Shown one piece after another: positions 30,499 through 41,060 of a DNA stretch of 64,000 nt. Both the position numbers and the translations under genes were made by a program. The notes beneath the pieces are model-generated. The model ran no database searches, was not told the DNA's origin, and saw nothing but the letters and a program-made list of their open reading frames with translations. The stretch is from Desulfobacterales bacterium. GTDB lineage: Bacteria; Desulfobacterota; Desulfobacteria; Desulfobacterales; UBA5616. Location of the stretch: positions 128,528-192,527 of the forward strand of contig JAWODC010000067.1 in NCBI GenBank assembly GCA_046483495.1, written 5' to 3'. How positions within the stretch are numbered: position 1 is the stretch's first letter; every line of letters begins with the position of its first letter.

Positions 30499-31872
30499 AT
30501 GAGTGATTTAAAACCATCGGAAATTGTAAAAGAGTTAGACAAATATATTATCGGTCAGCATAACGCGAAGCGATTTGTGGCCATTGCTTTGAGAAACCGG
30601 TGGCGCCGCCGAAAGGTGCCTGAAGGCTTGAAGGATGAGATCGCGCCGAAAAATATCATCCTCATCGGCCCCACCGGTGTCGGCAAAACCGAAATCGCCC
30701 GGAGATTGTCCAAACTTACGGATTCGCCGTTTACCAAGGTCGAGGCCTCCAAGTTTACCGAGGTGGGATACGTCGGCCGGGACGTGGAATCCATGGTCAG
30801 GGATCTGGTGGAGCTGACGGTGAATGCCGTTAAGCTTCATGAACAGGAAGCCGTCAGAGAAAAGGCGTATGGATTGGCTGAAGAAAAAGTACTGGACCTT
30901 CTGCTTCCCAAATCACCGGTTGCCCGAAAAGCGCCGGGCAACGGAGATGATTACGATGATGGGCCGGTCGTGGTTCAGTCCCGGGAGAAAGCCGTTTCCA
31001 CGCGAGAAAAGATCCGTAAGATGCTCAGGGAGAAAAAGCTCGACGATAGAATGGTCGAATTGGATGTGTCTGAACGCGGCATGCCGATGGTTGAAATTTT
31101 TTCCAACGTCGGGATGGAAGAACTGGGGATCAACTTCAAGGATATGCTTGGCGGACTTATGCCGAAGAATACCCGCAAACGGGAAGTTACGGTTGCCGAG
31201 GCTCTGGAAATATTGGAGCAGGAAGAAGCTCAGGCCCTGGTGGATATGGACAAGGTTGTCAGAACGGCCATTGAAACCGTAGAGCAGTCCGGAATCATTT
31301 TTTTGGATGAGATCGATAAAATCGTGGGCAAAAACGGCGCCCATGGTCCCGACGTTTCCCGCGAAGGCGTCCAGCGGGATCTTTTGCCCCTGGTGGAGGG
31401 GTGCAACGTGACAACCAAATACGGGCCGGTCAAAACGGATCATATTCTTTTCATGGCGTCCGGTGCTTTTCATACGGTTAAACCTTCGGATCTCATTCCT
31501 GAACTTCAGGGGCGTTTTCCTATCCGTGTGGAGCTGGATGCCCTGAATCACGAAGATTTCAAACGGATTCTCATAGAGCCGAAAAATGCGCTGATATTGC
31601 AGTACATCGCCCTTTTGAAAACCGAAGGCGTAGATATTCGGTTCGAGGACGACGCGATCGAGGAAATTGCGAAAATTGCAGAGGAAGTCAATGACATGAC
31701 CGATAATATCGGCGCCAGAAGACTTCACACCCTGATGGAATGTTTGTTGGAAGACGTTCTGTTCGAAGCTCCGGATATGGCGGAAAAGAAGATCGTAATC
31801 GATAAGCGGTATGTGACCGATAAATTACAGGACATAAAAGAGGACGAGGACTTGAGCCGATACATCTTATAA
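30499..31872 (+). CDS. hslU: ATP-dependent protease ATPase subunit HslU
   Basis: [32 protein letters not shown] and Walker [15 protein letters not shown], in a full-length HslU. Confidence 0.95.
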   Translation: MSDLKPSEIVKELDKYIIGQHNAKRFVAIALRNRWRRRKVPEGLKDEIAPKNIILIGPTGVGKTEIARRLSKLTDSPFTKVEASKFTEVGYVGRDVESMVRDLVELTVNAVKLHEQEAVREKAYGLAEEKVLDLLLPKSPVARKAPGNGDDYDDGPVVVQSREKAVSTREKIRKMLREKKLDDRMVELDVSERGMPMVEIFSNVGMEELGINFKDMLGGLMPKNTRKREVTVAEALEILEQEEAQALVDMDKVVRTAIETVEQSGIIFLDEIDKIVGKNGAHGPDVSREGVQRDLLPLVEGCNVTTKYGPVKTDHILFMASGAFHTVKPSDLIPELQGRFPIRVELDALNHEDFKRILIEPKNALILQYIALLKTEGVDIRFEDDAIEEIAKIAEEVNDMTDNIGARRLHTLMECLLEDVLFEAPDMAEKKIVIDKRYVTDKLQDIKEDEDLSRYIL

Positions 31873-31963
31873 TTCATCGGCCGTACGGAAATGATATACG
31901 GAGTTGATATCCGCCGACAAGCAGACCCGGCTCTTTTCGTAATCCTTCACACCCGGATATGAT

Positions 31964-32842
31964 ATGAAAAACGCAACCGTTGCCGATATATTGATCGAAG
32001 CTCTCCCGTACATCCGGCAATTTTCCGGCATGACCATGGTGATTAAATACGGCGGGCATGCCATGGTCGACGAGACGCTTAAAAAGGATTTTGCTAAAGA
32101 TATTACGCTGATGAAATTTGTCGGCATCAACCCGGTGGTGATCCACGGCGGAGGTCCGCAGATCAACCTGACGCTGGATAAAATGGGAATTCGTCCGCGT
32201 TTTGTCAGGGGAATGCGACTGACGGACCAGGAAACCATGGATGTCGTCGAAATGGTGCTCGGCGGCAAAGTAAACAAGGAAATCGTCGCACAGATCAATC
32301 GGCAGGGTGGAAAGGCCGTGGGTTTGAGCGGGAAGGACGGGGAGTTGATAAAGGCGGAAAAAATTCGACTCGTTCAGCAGGAAACGGCGGACGGACCGCC
32401 GGAGATTATCGATCCGGGATTGGTAGGGAAGGTGACGCGGATAAAACCGGATCTTATTCACACACTGGCCGAACAGGGATTTATTCCGATTATCGCGCCC
32501 GTCGGCGTCGGTGAGAACGGTGAGACCTTTAACATCAACGCCGACCTGGTGGCCGGAAAGGTGGCAAGCGCCCTTTCGGCCCGGCGTTTGATTTTTTTAA
32601 GCGATGTGGATGGCGTTATGGATCAAAACGGCCTTTTAATTACTTCGATCAATGCGCGATCGGCTGAACAACTCATCGAAGAAGGCATCATATCCGGGGG
32701 TATGATTCCGAAAATGGAATTCGCCTTAGATGCGCTGCACCATGGGGTGGAAAAGGTTCAGTTGATCAACGGCACCAAGCGGCATGCGCTGCTGCTCGAA
32801 CTTTTTACCGATAAAGGAATAGGAACGGAAGTCGTAATATGA
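31964..32842 (+). CDS. argB: acetylglutamate kinase
   Basis: VIKYGGHAM...[10 protein letters not shown] and [12 protein letters not shown] motifs. Confidence 0.95.
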   Translation: MKNATVADILIEALPYIRQFSGMTMVIKYGGHAMVDETLKKDFAKDITLMKFVGINPVVIHGGGPQINLTLDKMGIRPRFVRGMRLTDQETMDVVEMVLGGKVNKEIVAQINRQGGKAVGLSGKDGELIKAEKIRLVQQETADGPPEIIDPGLVGKVTRIKPDLIHTLAEQGFIPIIAPVGVGENGETFNINADLVAGKVASALSARRLIFLSDVDGVMDQNGLLITSINARSAEQLIEEGIISGGMIPKMEFALDALHHGVEKVQLINGTKRHALLLELFTDKGIGTEVVI

Positions 32843-34023
32843 AAGCTGATGTGATGCAGACAGCTGACCGGTTCATCGCAAGAACATACAGCCGATTTCC
32901 CTTGGTGCTGGAAAAAGGCCGGGGGTGCGTTCTTTGGGATACCGACGGCAATGAATACCTTGATTTCGTGGCGGGCATCGCCGTTTGTAATCTCGGCCAT
33001 GCGCATCCGGCCGTGGCCCGGGCGGTTTGTGAACAGGCCGAAAAACTCGTTCATGTCTCGAATTTGTACTATACCGAACCTCAAACCACCCTCGCGAAAA
33101 TGCTGGTCGAGAAATGCTTTGCAGACAGGGTTTTCTTCTGCAACAGCGGTGCTGAAGCCAATGAGGCGGCTATCAAGCTGGCCAGAAAATATTTCAAAGA
33201 TAAAGGCGAGCCCAATCGATACAGGATCATCGCCATGAAGCAGTCTTTCCACGGCAGAACCATGGCGACCTTATCGGCAACGGGTCAGGAAAAAATCAGA
33301 AAAGGATTCGATCCCGTCCTGGATGGTTTCGATTTCGTGCCGTTCAACGACATTTCAGCATTGAAAGAAGGGTTAAGGGAAGATACCTGCGCCGTGTTGA
33401 TGGAGCCCATCCAGGGAGAGGGCGGGGTGAACTGCCCCAGTCCTGAATATATGAAAGCGGTTCGTCAATTATGTGACGATCGGGGCGTGCTGCTGATGTT
33501 CGATGAAATTCAAACCGGCATGGGGCGGACAGGCAGACTGTTTGCTCATGAACACTTCGGCATTGCCCCTGATGTCATGACATTGGCCAAAGCAATGGCC
33601 AATGGATTGCCCATGGGGGCCATGCTGGCGACGGAATCCGTAGCCGAAGCCTTCGGACCCGGTGCACATGCATCGACATTCGGCGGGACGCCGTTGGTTT
33701 CCTCGGCCGCCGTTGCTGTTCTCGAGATTCTCGAATCGGACGATTTGACGACCCGGTCGCGAAAAACGGGGGAATACTTCAAAGGGAGACTGGAAGCGCT
33801 GAGAAAAAACCATTCCTGCATTACCGATGTGCGTGGAAAGGGGCTGATGCTGGGAATGGCCCTGGACACCGATGGTGACGCCGTTCTTGCCGCATGCATG
33901 AAAAAAGGCTTTTTAATCAACTGCATCCAGGGAAAAATTCTGAGGTTCGTGCCGCCGTTGATTATCACGGAGAACGAAATCGATTCGTTGATCGATTGCC
34001 TTGATGCTGTGCTGCCGGCCTGA
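32839..34023 (+). CDS. argD: acetylornithine aminotransferase
   Basis: Class-III aminotransferase ([19 protein letters not shown]; [15 protein letters not shown]; TLAKAMANG with the PLP lysine). Overlaps the argB stop. Confidence 0.9.
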   Translation: MKADVMQTADRFIARTYSRFPLVLEKGRGCVLWDTDGNEYLDFVAGIAVCNLGHAHPAVARAVCEQAEKLVHVSNLYYTEPQTTLAKMLVEKCFADRVFFCNSGAEANEAAIKLARKYFKDKGEPNRYRIIAMKQSFHGRTMATLSATGQEKIRKGFDPVLDGFDFVPFNDISALKEGLREDTCAVLMEPIQGEGGVNCPSPEYMKAVRQLCDDRGVLLMFDEIQTGMGRTGRLFAHEHFGIAPDVMTLAKAMANGLPMGAMLATESVAEAFGPGAHASTFGGTPLVSSAAVAVLEILESDDLTTRSRKTGEYFKGRLEALRKNHSCITDVRGKGLMLGMALDTDGDAVLAACMKKGFLINCIQGKILRFVPPLIITENEIDSLIDCLDAVLPA

Positions 34024-34106
34024 TGGGTCCGCCGCTTTTCCCGTATTCGAAATATGAAAATACAGCTTTCGGTGTTAATGCGCTTTTTGGATCGTGGAAA
34101 CAATCA

Positions 34107-34248
34107 GTGTCCATCCGGAAATAGGCAATTTCGGGTGAGTTCAAGGCGGGCGCAAGATCGAAACCGCAGCAATCGTGTGCTATTTTGAGAATTTCGATTT
34201 TGCGTCCAACGCAGAAATCGCGTGAAAGGGCCATTTATGGATGGGCAC
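34107..34248 (+). repeat. 142-bp structured dispersed repeat, copy A
   Basis: 134/142 identical to 47805..47946 by manual alignment, in the same orientation. The terminal inverted arms are GTGTCCATCCGGAAATAGGC and GGGCCATTTATGGATGGGCAC. Intergenic, 51 nt upstream of argF. Confidence 0.85.
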
Positions 34249-34298
34249 GAATTAAAACCGGTCAATAGGATGTATTACTCGGCAATTGCGAGGGATCA

Positions 34299-35222
34299 TT
34301 GAAAAAAGATATTTTGACACTGCTGGACCTGACCAAGGAAGATTTCGATTATCTATTTGAACGTGCCATTGAACTCAAGAAAATCGGACGGGAGAACCAT
34401 ATCCGCAGGTGTCTCGCCGGTAAAACCCTGGGAATGATTTTTGACAAGCCATCGACGCGGACCCGAATATCCTTTGAATCCGCCATGATCCAACTCGGCG
34501 GGATGCCTATCTTTATCAATGCCAGGGATACGCAGATCGCAAGGGATGAACCGGTCCGGGATACCGTAAGGGTGCTGTCGCGATATATCGACGCGCTCGC
34601 CATTCGAACCTTTTCCCAGGACTTGCTGCATGAATTTGCATTGTTCGCCGATATCCCCGTGATCAATGCCCTGACCGACCTGTACCACCCCACCCAGGTG
34701 CTCAGCGATATCATGACGGTGATTGAAAAAAAAGGCGGGTATGAAAACCTCAAGATCGCCTGGGTGGGTGACGGAAACAATGTGGCGAACTCCTGGATAA
34801 ACGCCGCATCGATTCTCGGGTTGAATCTGGTTTTGGCATGCCCGCCCGGGTATGAGCCGGATGAACGGCTCGTCGAAGCGGCCAAAGACCGGCGCTGCGG
34901 CACGATATCGGTGACATCGGACCCGGAAGCCGCGGTTGACCATGCGGATGTTATCTATACGGACGTATGGGCCAGTATGGGCCAGGAAGACGAGCAGGCC
35001 AAGAGGAGACGGATCTTTCAAGCCTTCACAATCGATAAAGGACTCGTGAACCGGGCCGCCCCGGACGTGATCGTCATGCACTGCCTGCCCGCCCATCGCG
35101 GCGAGGAGATCAGCGAGGATGTATTGGAGGGCCCCCGATCCGTGGTCTGGGACCAGTCGGAAAACAAAATGCATATGAACAAAGCGATTTTGGAATCGCT
35201 GATCAACCAAAGCCAATCCTGA
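34299..35222 (+). CDS. argF: ornithine carbamoyltransferase
   Basis: STRTR motif (FDKPSTRTRISFE), HPTQ, and HCLPAHRGEE. TTG start preceded by GAGGGA. Confidence 0.9.
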   Translation: MKKDILTLLDLTKEDFDYLFERAIELKKIGRENHIRRCLAGKTLGMIFDKPSTRTRISFESAMIQLGGMPIFINARDTQIARDEPVRDTVRVLSRYIDALAIRTFSQDLLHEFALFADIPVINALTDLYHPTQVLSDIMTVIEKKGGYENLKIAWVGDGNNVANSWINAASILGLNLVLACPPGYEPDERLVEAAKDRRCGTISVTSDPEAAVDHADVIYTDVWASMGQEDEQAKRRRIFQAFTIDKGLVNRAAPDVIVMHCLPAHRGEEISEDVLEGPRSVVWDQSENKMHMNKAILESLINQSQS

Positions 35223-35240
35223 TTCGAAAAGAGAGGCAGC

Positions 35241-36455
35241 GTGAAAAAAGACATCAAAAAGGTCGTGCTGGCCTATTCCGGGGGACTGGATACGTCCGTT
35301 ATTTTGAAATGGCTGATCGAGACGTATCAATGCGAAGTCGTCGCCTTTTCAGCCGATATCGGGCAGGAAGAAGAGCTGGACCATCTGGATGAGAAAGCGC
35401 GCAATACAGGTGCGAGCCAAGTGTACATCGATGATCTGCGTGAGGAATTCGTCCGGGATTTTGTTTTTCCGGCATTTCGCGCCAATGCGATCTACGAGGG
35501 GCAATACCTGCTGGGAACGTCCCTTGCGCGGCCTTTGATAGCCAAGCGCCAGATGGAAATCGCAAAATTGGAAGGTGCGGATGCGGTGAGCCACGGCGCC
35601 ACAGGCAAGGGAAATGATCAGGTCCGGTTCGAGTTGACCTATATGGCCATAGACCCGTTTATAACGATAATCGCTCCCTGGCGGGAATGGGATCTCAACT
35701 CCAGGACGGCCCTGATGGCATTTGCCGAAAAGCACGGAATACCGGTGCCGACCACAAAATCGAAACCTTACAGTACGGATCGAAATCTCCTGCACATCAG
35801 TTTTGAAGGCGGCATACTGGAAGATCCGTGGGCGGCGCCGCCGGAAGACATGTTCATCATGTCGGCATCGCTTCAGTCGGCACCGGATGAGCCCGAGGAA
35901 ATCGAAATCACCTTTTCACAGGGAAATCCCACGGCGATAAACGGTCGCAATCTGAGTCCGGCCGAACTGCTCAAGGAACTCAACCGGTTCGGGGGAAAGC
36001 ACGCCATCGGTCGCGTGGATATCGTGGAGAACCGGTTCGTAGGGATGAAGTCCAGAGGGGTTTATGAAACGCCGGGCGGAACCATTCTGCGCAGTGCGCA
36101 TATGGCCATGGAATCGATCACCATGGATAGGGAAGTCATGCATCTGAGAGACAGCCTGATACCCAGGTATGCCGAAATCATCTATAACGGATTCTGGTAC
36201 TCGCCGGAAATGCGAATGCTCCAGGAAATGGTGGACAGCACCCAGTCGGACGTTTCCGGAGTGGTCCGGCTGCAGCTTTATAAAGGCAACTGCCGCATTT
36301 TGGGCAGAAAATCGGACAATTCCATTTACAGGGAGGATTTTGCCACTTTTGAAGACGACAGTGTTTACAGGCAGCAGGATGCGGAAGGGTTCATTCGTTT
36401 GAATGCGCTCAGGCTGCGAATCCGAAAACTCCTCGAAAACAGCCGCAAGAGTTAA
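35241..36455 (+). CDS. argG: argininosuccinate synthase
   Basis: [10 protein letters not shown]-type ATP-PPase motif in a full-length ArgG. GTG start. Confidence 0.95.
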   Translation: MKKDIKKVVLAYSGGLDTSVILKWLIETYQCEVVAFSADIGQEEELDHLDEKARNTGASQVYIDDLREEFVRDFVFPAFRANAIYEGQYLLGTSLARPLIAKRQMEIAKLEGADAVSHGATGKGNDQVRFELTYMAIDPFITIIAPWREWDLNSRTALMAFAEKHGIPVPTTKSKPYSTDRNLLHISFEGGILEDPWAAPPEDMFIMSASLQSAPDEPEEIEITFSQGNPTAINGRNLSPAELLKELNRFGGKHAIGRVDIVENRFVGMKSRGVYETPGGTILRSAHMAMESITMDREVMHLRDSLIPRYAEIIYNGFWYSPEMRMLQEMVDSTQSDVSGVVRLQLYKGNCRILGRKSDNSIYREDFATFEDDSVYRQQDAEGFIRLNALRLRIRKLLENSRKS

Positions 36456-36502
36456 GCCGAATCTAAAAGCCGAAAGTGAAACCATAACGTAAGGGTGCCG
36501 AA

Positions 36503-37894
36503 ATGACCGAAAAAGCCTGGGGCGGCCGATTTTCCGAAAAAACCGCCGCCATTGTCGAGCGGTTTACCGCTTCCATCGATGTGGATAAGCGGCTCTATGC
36601 GTACGATATCATGGGGAGCATCGCACATGTGAAGATGCTGGCGAAGACCGGAATCATAACGGCCGGGGAAGCGGAAGCGATTGTCGGCGGTCTGGAAAAA
36701 ATCAAAAAAGACATCGAAGCCGATCATTTCGAATTCGACCCGCGCCTCGAAGACATCCACATGCATATCGAAGACCGGCTGTCAAAAGAAGTGGGGGAGG
36801 TGGCCAAAAAGCTGCATACGGCGCGAAGCCGCAATGATCAAGTCGCACTGGATATTCGGCTGTACATGAGGGACGCTGTCCGGACGATGCTGAAGAAAAT
36901 CGGGCGCCTTCGGAAGGTGTTCGTCACACTCGCCGATCGGTACATGGGCGTTATCCTGCCGGGTTATACCCATTTGCAGCGTGCCCAACCCGTTCTGTTT
37001 TCTCATTACGTTATGGCCTATTATGACATGTTCACCCGTGATGCCCGGCGCTTCGAAGACGGGCTCAAACGCATCGACGTCTTGCCGTTGGGAAGCGCAG
37101 CTTTAGCCGGAACCTCTTTTCCCATCGATCGTGGATTTACGGCATCTTTGCTGAATTTTCCCGAAGTGTCCGGCAACAGCCTCGACGCGGTGTCCGACCG
37201 GGATTTTGTCCTGGAGTTCATTTCGGCGGCTAGCATCTGCATGCTTCATTTGTCCCGGCTTTCGGAGGAATTGATTTTGTGGTCCTCCCAGGAATTTGAC
37301 TTTATCGAACTGCCGGACGCCTTCACAACCGGCAGCAGCATCATGCCGCAGAAGAAAAATCCGGACGTGTCCGAATTGGTGCGTGGCAAGTCCTCCCGGG
37401 TGATCGGCAATCTCACACATATGATCGTCCTAATGAAATCACTGCCCTTGTCGTATAATCGTGACATGCAGGAGGATAAGCAGCCCTTGTTCGATACGGT
37501 GGACACGCTGAATGATTGTATCGATGTGACCTGCGAAATGCTGCCGCTTATCCGCCTTAAAAAGGAAAACATGTATGCAGCGGCAAAACACGGATATCTC
37601 AATGCCACGGATCTTGCCGATTACCTGGCTGAGAAGGGGATTCCATTTCGGGAGGCGCATCGCATCGCCGGAAACGCCGTGGTATATGCCGTTGGGCGGA
37701 AAAAGGAACTCGACGCCCTTTCACTGGAGGAGCTGAAGCAGTTTTCACCGGTGATCGAATCGGATATATTTCATGCGCTGACCCCGGAGCAGATGGTGGA
37801 GAAGCGGATCTCTTTCGGCGGAACGTCCTCACAAAATGTGAGACAGGCCATTGAGGACGCGGTGGTGCAGATGGAAAACGAGGAGTTCATATGA
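36503..37894 (+). CDS. argH: argininosuccinate lyase
   Basis: WGGRFSE N-terminus and fumarate-lyase signature GSSIMPQKKNPD. Confidence 0.95.
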   Translation: MTEKAWGGRFSEKTAAIVERFTASIDVDKRLYAYDIMGSIAHVKMLAKTGIITAGEAEAIVGGLEKIKKDIEADHFEFDPRLEDIHMHIEDRLSKEVGEVAKKLHTARSRNDQVALDIRLYMRDAVRTMLKKIGRLRKVFVTLADRYMGVILPGYTHLQRAQPVLFSHYVMAYYDMFTRDARRFEDGLKRIDVLPLGSAALAGTSFPIDRGFTASLLNFPEVSGNSLDAVSDRDFVLEFISAASICMLHLSRLSEELILWSSQEFDFIELPDAFTTGSSIMPQKKNPDVSELVRGKSSRVIGNLTHMIVLMKSLPLSYNRDMQEDKQPLFDTVDTLNDCIDVTCEMLPLIRLKKENMYAAAKHGYLNATDLADYLAEKGIPFREAHRIAGNAVVYAVGRKKELDALSLEELKQFSPVIESDIFHALTPEQMVEKRISFGGTSSQNVRQAIEDAVVQMENEEFI

Positions 37895-38055
37895 GACACG
37901 GCAGAACGGCAAAAGGCCTCGCATGGTTGATCGGCATACTGTTGACCGCGGCATGTTTGCTGACGAATGCCGGTTGCGGCAAAAAGGGCCCGCCGGTACC
38001 GCCGCCCCTTGCGGAATCCGTCCGTCATGTGACCGGTATTCCTGGAGCGGGTTGA
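37891..38055 (+). CDS. small lipoprotein, LptM/YifL-like (54 aa; below the 60-aa ORF-track cutoff)
   Basis: My own translation is MRHGRTAKGLAWLIGILLTAACLLTNAGCGKKGPPVPPPLAESVRHVTGIPGAG. It has a signal peptide, the lipobox NAGC and a CGKKGP motif as in E. coli YifL/LptM. GAGGAG RBS. The ATG overlaps the argH TGA. Sits immediately upstream of dapF, as in E. coli. Confidence 0.55.
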   Translation: MRHGRTAKGLAWLIGILLTAACLLTNAGCGKKGPPVPPPLAESVRHVTGIPGAG

Positions 38056-38057
38056 AC

Positions 38058-38942
38058 ATGAATACCATTCCTTTTTGCAAGATGAGCGGGTGCGGGAACG
38101 ATTTTATTCTGGTGGACAACCGTGCCGGATATTTCGGGCCCAACGATCCCGGCGTATTTGTTCGGGATGTGTGTCGCCGGAAATTGTCCATCGGGGCCGA
38201 CGGTCTGATCCTGATCGAACCGTCGAAAGAGGCGGATTTTAAATGGCGGTTTTATAATTCGGACGGAAGCCGAGCGGAAATGTGCGGCAACGGGGCGCGG
38301 TGTGCCGCCCGCTTTGCCTATATCCATGGTATCGCCGGGGCCCGCATGGCGTTCATGACCGATGCCGGAAGGGTGGACGCCCGGATAGTGGGGACAGGCG
38401 TTACGATCGGAATGATAAATCCCTCCCCCATCGAGGACGGCATTCGCTTGGATATCGATGGGGACATGCTGCAGATGAGCCATATCAACACCGGTGTACC
38501 TCATGTGGTGATGTACCGGCCGGATGCCGATCGGTTCGAACTCGATCGGTGGGGTCCTAAAATCCGTTTTCATCAACGGTTTGCACCGGCCGGGGCCAAC
38601 GTCAACGTGATGAGGATGGACCCCGAGGGCATCGTTTTCGTCCGAACGTATGAGCGGGGAGTCGAGGATGAAACCCTGGCTTGCGGCACGGGGGCCGTGG
38701 CCTGTGCGCTGGTGGCCGCGCATCGACATAAGGGTAAAGGTCCGATAAAAGTAAAAACGAAAAGCGGCGGCATGCTCATCATTCATTTCGAACGCCGGGG
38801 GGATGAATTCGTCCGTGTGTGCCTCGAAGGGGATGCGCGGTTCATCTATCGAGGAGAGCTTTACGAAGAAGGCTATGGATACGCGTTGATAAAGAATGAA
38901 GATCCGGGCCTTCCTCCAGGGTGTGACAGTCAGAACGGATGA
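38058..38942 (+). CDS. dapF: diaminopimelate epimerase
   Basis: MNTIPFCKMSGCGNDFILVDN, with the two catalytic Cys motifs (MCGNGARC, ACGTGAVA). Internal ATG of track ORF 37851..38942. Confidence 0.9.
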   Translation: MNTIPFCKMSGCGNDFILVDNRAGYFGPNDPGVFVRDVCRRKLSIGADGLILIEPSKEADFKWRFYNSDGSRAEMCGNGARCAARFAYIHGIAGARMAFMTDAGRVDARIVGTGVTIGMINPSPIEDGIRLDIDGDMLQMSHINTGVPHVVMYRPDADRFELDRWGPKIRFHQRFAPAGANVNVMRMDPEGIVFVRTYERGVEDETLACGTGAVACALVAAHRHKGKGPIKVKTKSGGMLIIHFERRGDEFVRVCLEGDARFIYRGELYEEGYGYALIKNEDPGLPPGCDSQNG

Positions 38943-39433
38943 GTTTACATACGGTTTACATAGGTGTCGGGTCCAACATGGGAAACAAACTGGAAAACTG
39001 CCGTAACGGCATATCCGCCCTGACCGCCAGCCACACCGTCCTTATGGCCTGTTCCTTTTTTTACCGGACCGAACCCGTGGATTTTACGGATCAGGACTGG
39101 TTCGTCAACGCCGTAATACAGGTCGGGACCGATCTCGACCCGATGGAGCTGCTGCAGATGATGCATCATATCCAGCAGGAAGCCGGACAAATCGAGAAAA
39201 AGGTGCGATTCGGCCCCCGGATGCTGGATTTGGATATTTTATTTTTTGACGACCTCATCATGAATACCTCATCCCTTGTCATTCCTCATCCCCGATTGCA
39301 TAAAAGACGCTTTGTATTACAGCCGTTATGTGATATAAACCCGTCTCTGGTTCATCCTGTCATCAAAAAAAGGGTGAAAAACCTGATGGATATATTGGAG
39401 AAAGGCCACCCGGGCGTGGTGCGGTATACATGA
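38939..39433 (+). CDS. folK: 2-amino-4-hydroxy-6-hydroxymethyldihydropteridine diphosphokinase
   Basis: VYIGVGSNMGN...RTEPV...RFGPRMLDLDILFFDD...LVIPHPRLHKRRFVLQPL, the HPPK signature. ATGA overlap with dapF. Confidence 0.9.
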   Translation: MSLHTVYIGVGSNMGNKLENCRNGISALTASHTVLMACSFFYRTEPVDFTDQDWFVNAVIQVGTDLDPMELLQMMHHIQQEAGQIEKKVRFGPRMLDLDILFFDDLIMNTSSLVIPHPRLHKRRFVLQPLCDINPSLVHPVIKKRVKNLMDILEKGHPGVVRYT

Positions 39434-39696
39434 TGATTCGTATTTTGCTGATCCTGTTGTTGTTATATCTGGCGTACCTGGCGGTGCGAATGCTGATGGT
39501 CAAGTTCGGCAGGAGCAGCCAATGGGGGCCCGGCAAAGAACTGGGAAAAATCGACGATATCATGATCAAGGATCCCTACTGCCAGGTATATTTTCCAAAA
39601 AAGGACGGTGTTCATCTTCGTGAAGACGGGAAGGATCTTTATTTTTGCTCCACGGATTGCCGGGATAAGTATATCGAGCAGAAAGGCAATGGGTGA
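39430..39696 (+). CDS. small membrane-anchored protein with a TRASH/YHS-like Cys motif
   Basis: N-terminal TM helix ([17 protein letters not shown]). The C-terminal DPYCQ-x21-CSTDC fits the TRASH C-x19-22-C-x3-C pattern. ATGA overlap with folK. Confidence 0.6.
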   Translation: MMIRILLILLLLYLAYLAVRMLMVKFGRSSQWGPGKELGKIDDIMIKDPYCQVYFPKKDGVHLREDGKDLYFCSTDCRDKYIEQKGNG

Positions 39697-39740
39697 AACG
39701 GTGGTTTCGTTTTGTTAACCTGATTCTACAGAGGAAGCGC

Positions 39741-40385
39741 ATGAAATTTTTTATCGACACAGCCAATATCGCTGAAATCAAGGAAGCCAAAGACATGGGA
39801 ATGGCGGACGGCGTAACGACGAACCCCTCCCTCATTGCGAAGGAAGGAAGAGATTTTGAGGCGGTTGTAAAGGAAATCTGCAGCCTGGTGGACGGACCCG
39901 TAAGTGCCGAGGTCATTGCAACGGATACACACGGAATGATTCGCGAGGCCGGGGAATTGGCATCCATAGCCGATAATGTCGTTGTGAAGATTCCCATGAG
40001 CATCGATGGGTTGAAAGCGGTATCCGCTCTTTCCGCCGACGGCATAAAAACCAATGTTACCCTGGTGTTCTCACCCCTGCAGGCCCTCATGGCGGCAAAG
40101 GCGGGTGCGTCCTATGTGAGCCCTTTTGTGGGACGACTGGACGACATATCCCATGAAGGCATGCTGCTGGTAGAGCAGATCGTAGAAATGTACAGCAATT
40201 ATGCCTATGAAACGGAAATTATCGTGGCCAGCATTCGAAACCCCCTGCATGTCCTCGAATCCGCATTGATGGGTGCGGATATCGCTACCATTCCATTTAA
40301 TGTATTATCTAAACTGGCCGCCCATCCCCTCACGGACAAAGGCTTACAGGCGTTTCTCGCAGATTGGGAAAAGATGAAAAAATAA
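39741..40385 (+). CDS. fructose-6-phosphate aldolase / transaldolase (type 3B)
   Basis: [16 protein letters not shown]...GVTTNPSL...VVKIP (Schiff-base Lys)...[19 protein letters not shown]. Internal ATG of the track ORF. Confidence 0.9.
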   Translation: MKFFIDTANIAEIKEAKDMGMADGVTTNPSLIAKEGRDFEAVVKEICSLVDGPVSAEVIATDTHGMIREAGELASIADNVVVKIPMSIDGLKAVSALSADGIKTNVTLVFSPLQALMAAKAGASYVSPFVGRLDDISHEGMLLVEQIVEMYSNYAYETEIIVASIRNPLHVLESALMGADIATIPFNVLSKLAAHPLTDKGLQAFLADWEKMKK

Positions 40386-40389
40386 GGCC

Positions 40390-40956
40390 ATGGGCATTTC
40401 CAAGAAGTTTACCGATTTTGCAAGTCATCCGAATTACTTGACGCTGCTGAGAGTTGCCGCCACCCCCGGCATCGTGGTGCTGCTGCTGTTTCCGAACCGG
40501 TTTTTCACGTTTCTGGCAGCGGTCATTTTCAGTGCCGCCGCTGTTACGGATTACCTGGACGGCTATTACGCCAGAACCAGGGGCTTGGTTTCGAGCTTTG
40601 GTAAAATGATGGACCCTTTAGCGGATAAACTGCTGGTTTCCTCGTCCTTCATTATGCTGACCTCCCTGAACTGGATTCCGGCCTGGGTCGTCTGTGTCAT
40701 TATCGGCAGAGAATTGGCGGTGACCGGCCTTCGGAATATACTCGTAGAGAAAGGGAAGGATATATCCGCTTCCAACCTGGGAAAATATAAAACCGGCTTC
40801 CAGATTGCCGCTATTATCCCGTTGATGCTGCATTACCCGTATTTCGGCATCGACCTGCATGCGATCGGAATGTTTTTTTTATGGGGTGCCCTGATTTTCA
40901 CGATTTGGTCGGGTGCCGATTATTTTATTCGATTTCGAAATCTATTGGAGGTTTAA
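40390..40956 (+). CDS. pgsA: CDP-diacylglycerol--glycerol-3-phosphate 3-phosphatidyltransferase
   Basis: CDP-alcohol phosphotransferase motif DYLDGYYARTRGLVSSFGKMMDPLADK and 4-5 TM helices. Confidence 0.9.
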   Translation: MGISKKFTDFASHPNYLTLLRVAATPGIVVLLLFPNRFFTFLAAVIFSAAAVTDYLDGYYARTRGLVSSFGKMMDPLADKLLVSSSFIMLTSLNWIPAWVVCVIIGRELAVTGLRNILVEKGKDISASNLGKYKTGFQIAAIIPLMLHYPYFGIDLHAIGMFFLWGALIFTIWSGADYFIRFRNLLEV

Positions 40957-41031
40957 CATATTTCTCGATCGAAAAGGCTTTATGGGACGCATGTCCAACC
41001 GGAAGAGAAATGGTTTAAGAATAAATTTTAA

Positions 41032-41060
41032 TTGACAAAGAAAATCTATTCCATTAAGAA
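41032..41060 (+). promoter_or_regulatory. putative sigma-70 promoter of the tRNA-Gly/tRNA-Cys unit
   Basis: TTGACA, 17 nt, TAAGAA(T), about 95 nt upstream of tRNA-Gly. Confidence 0.4.

Noticed and set aside
33965-34234. 89-aa minus-strand ORF in the argD-argF spacer, and the N-terminal 50 codons of track ORF 47883..48731.
   Set aside because: Both are read-through of the 142-bp repeat copies. The equivalent sequence at the other locus is in a different coding context.
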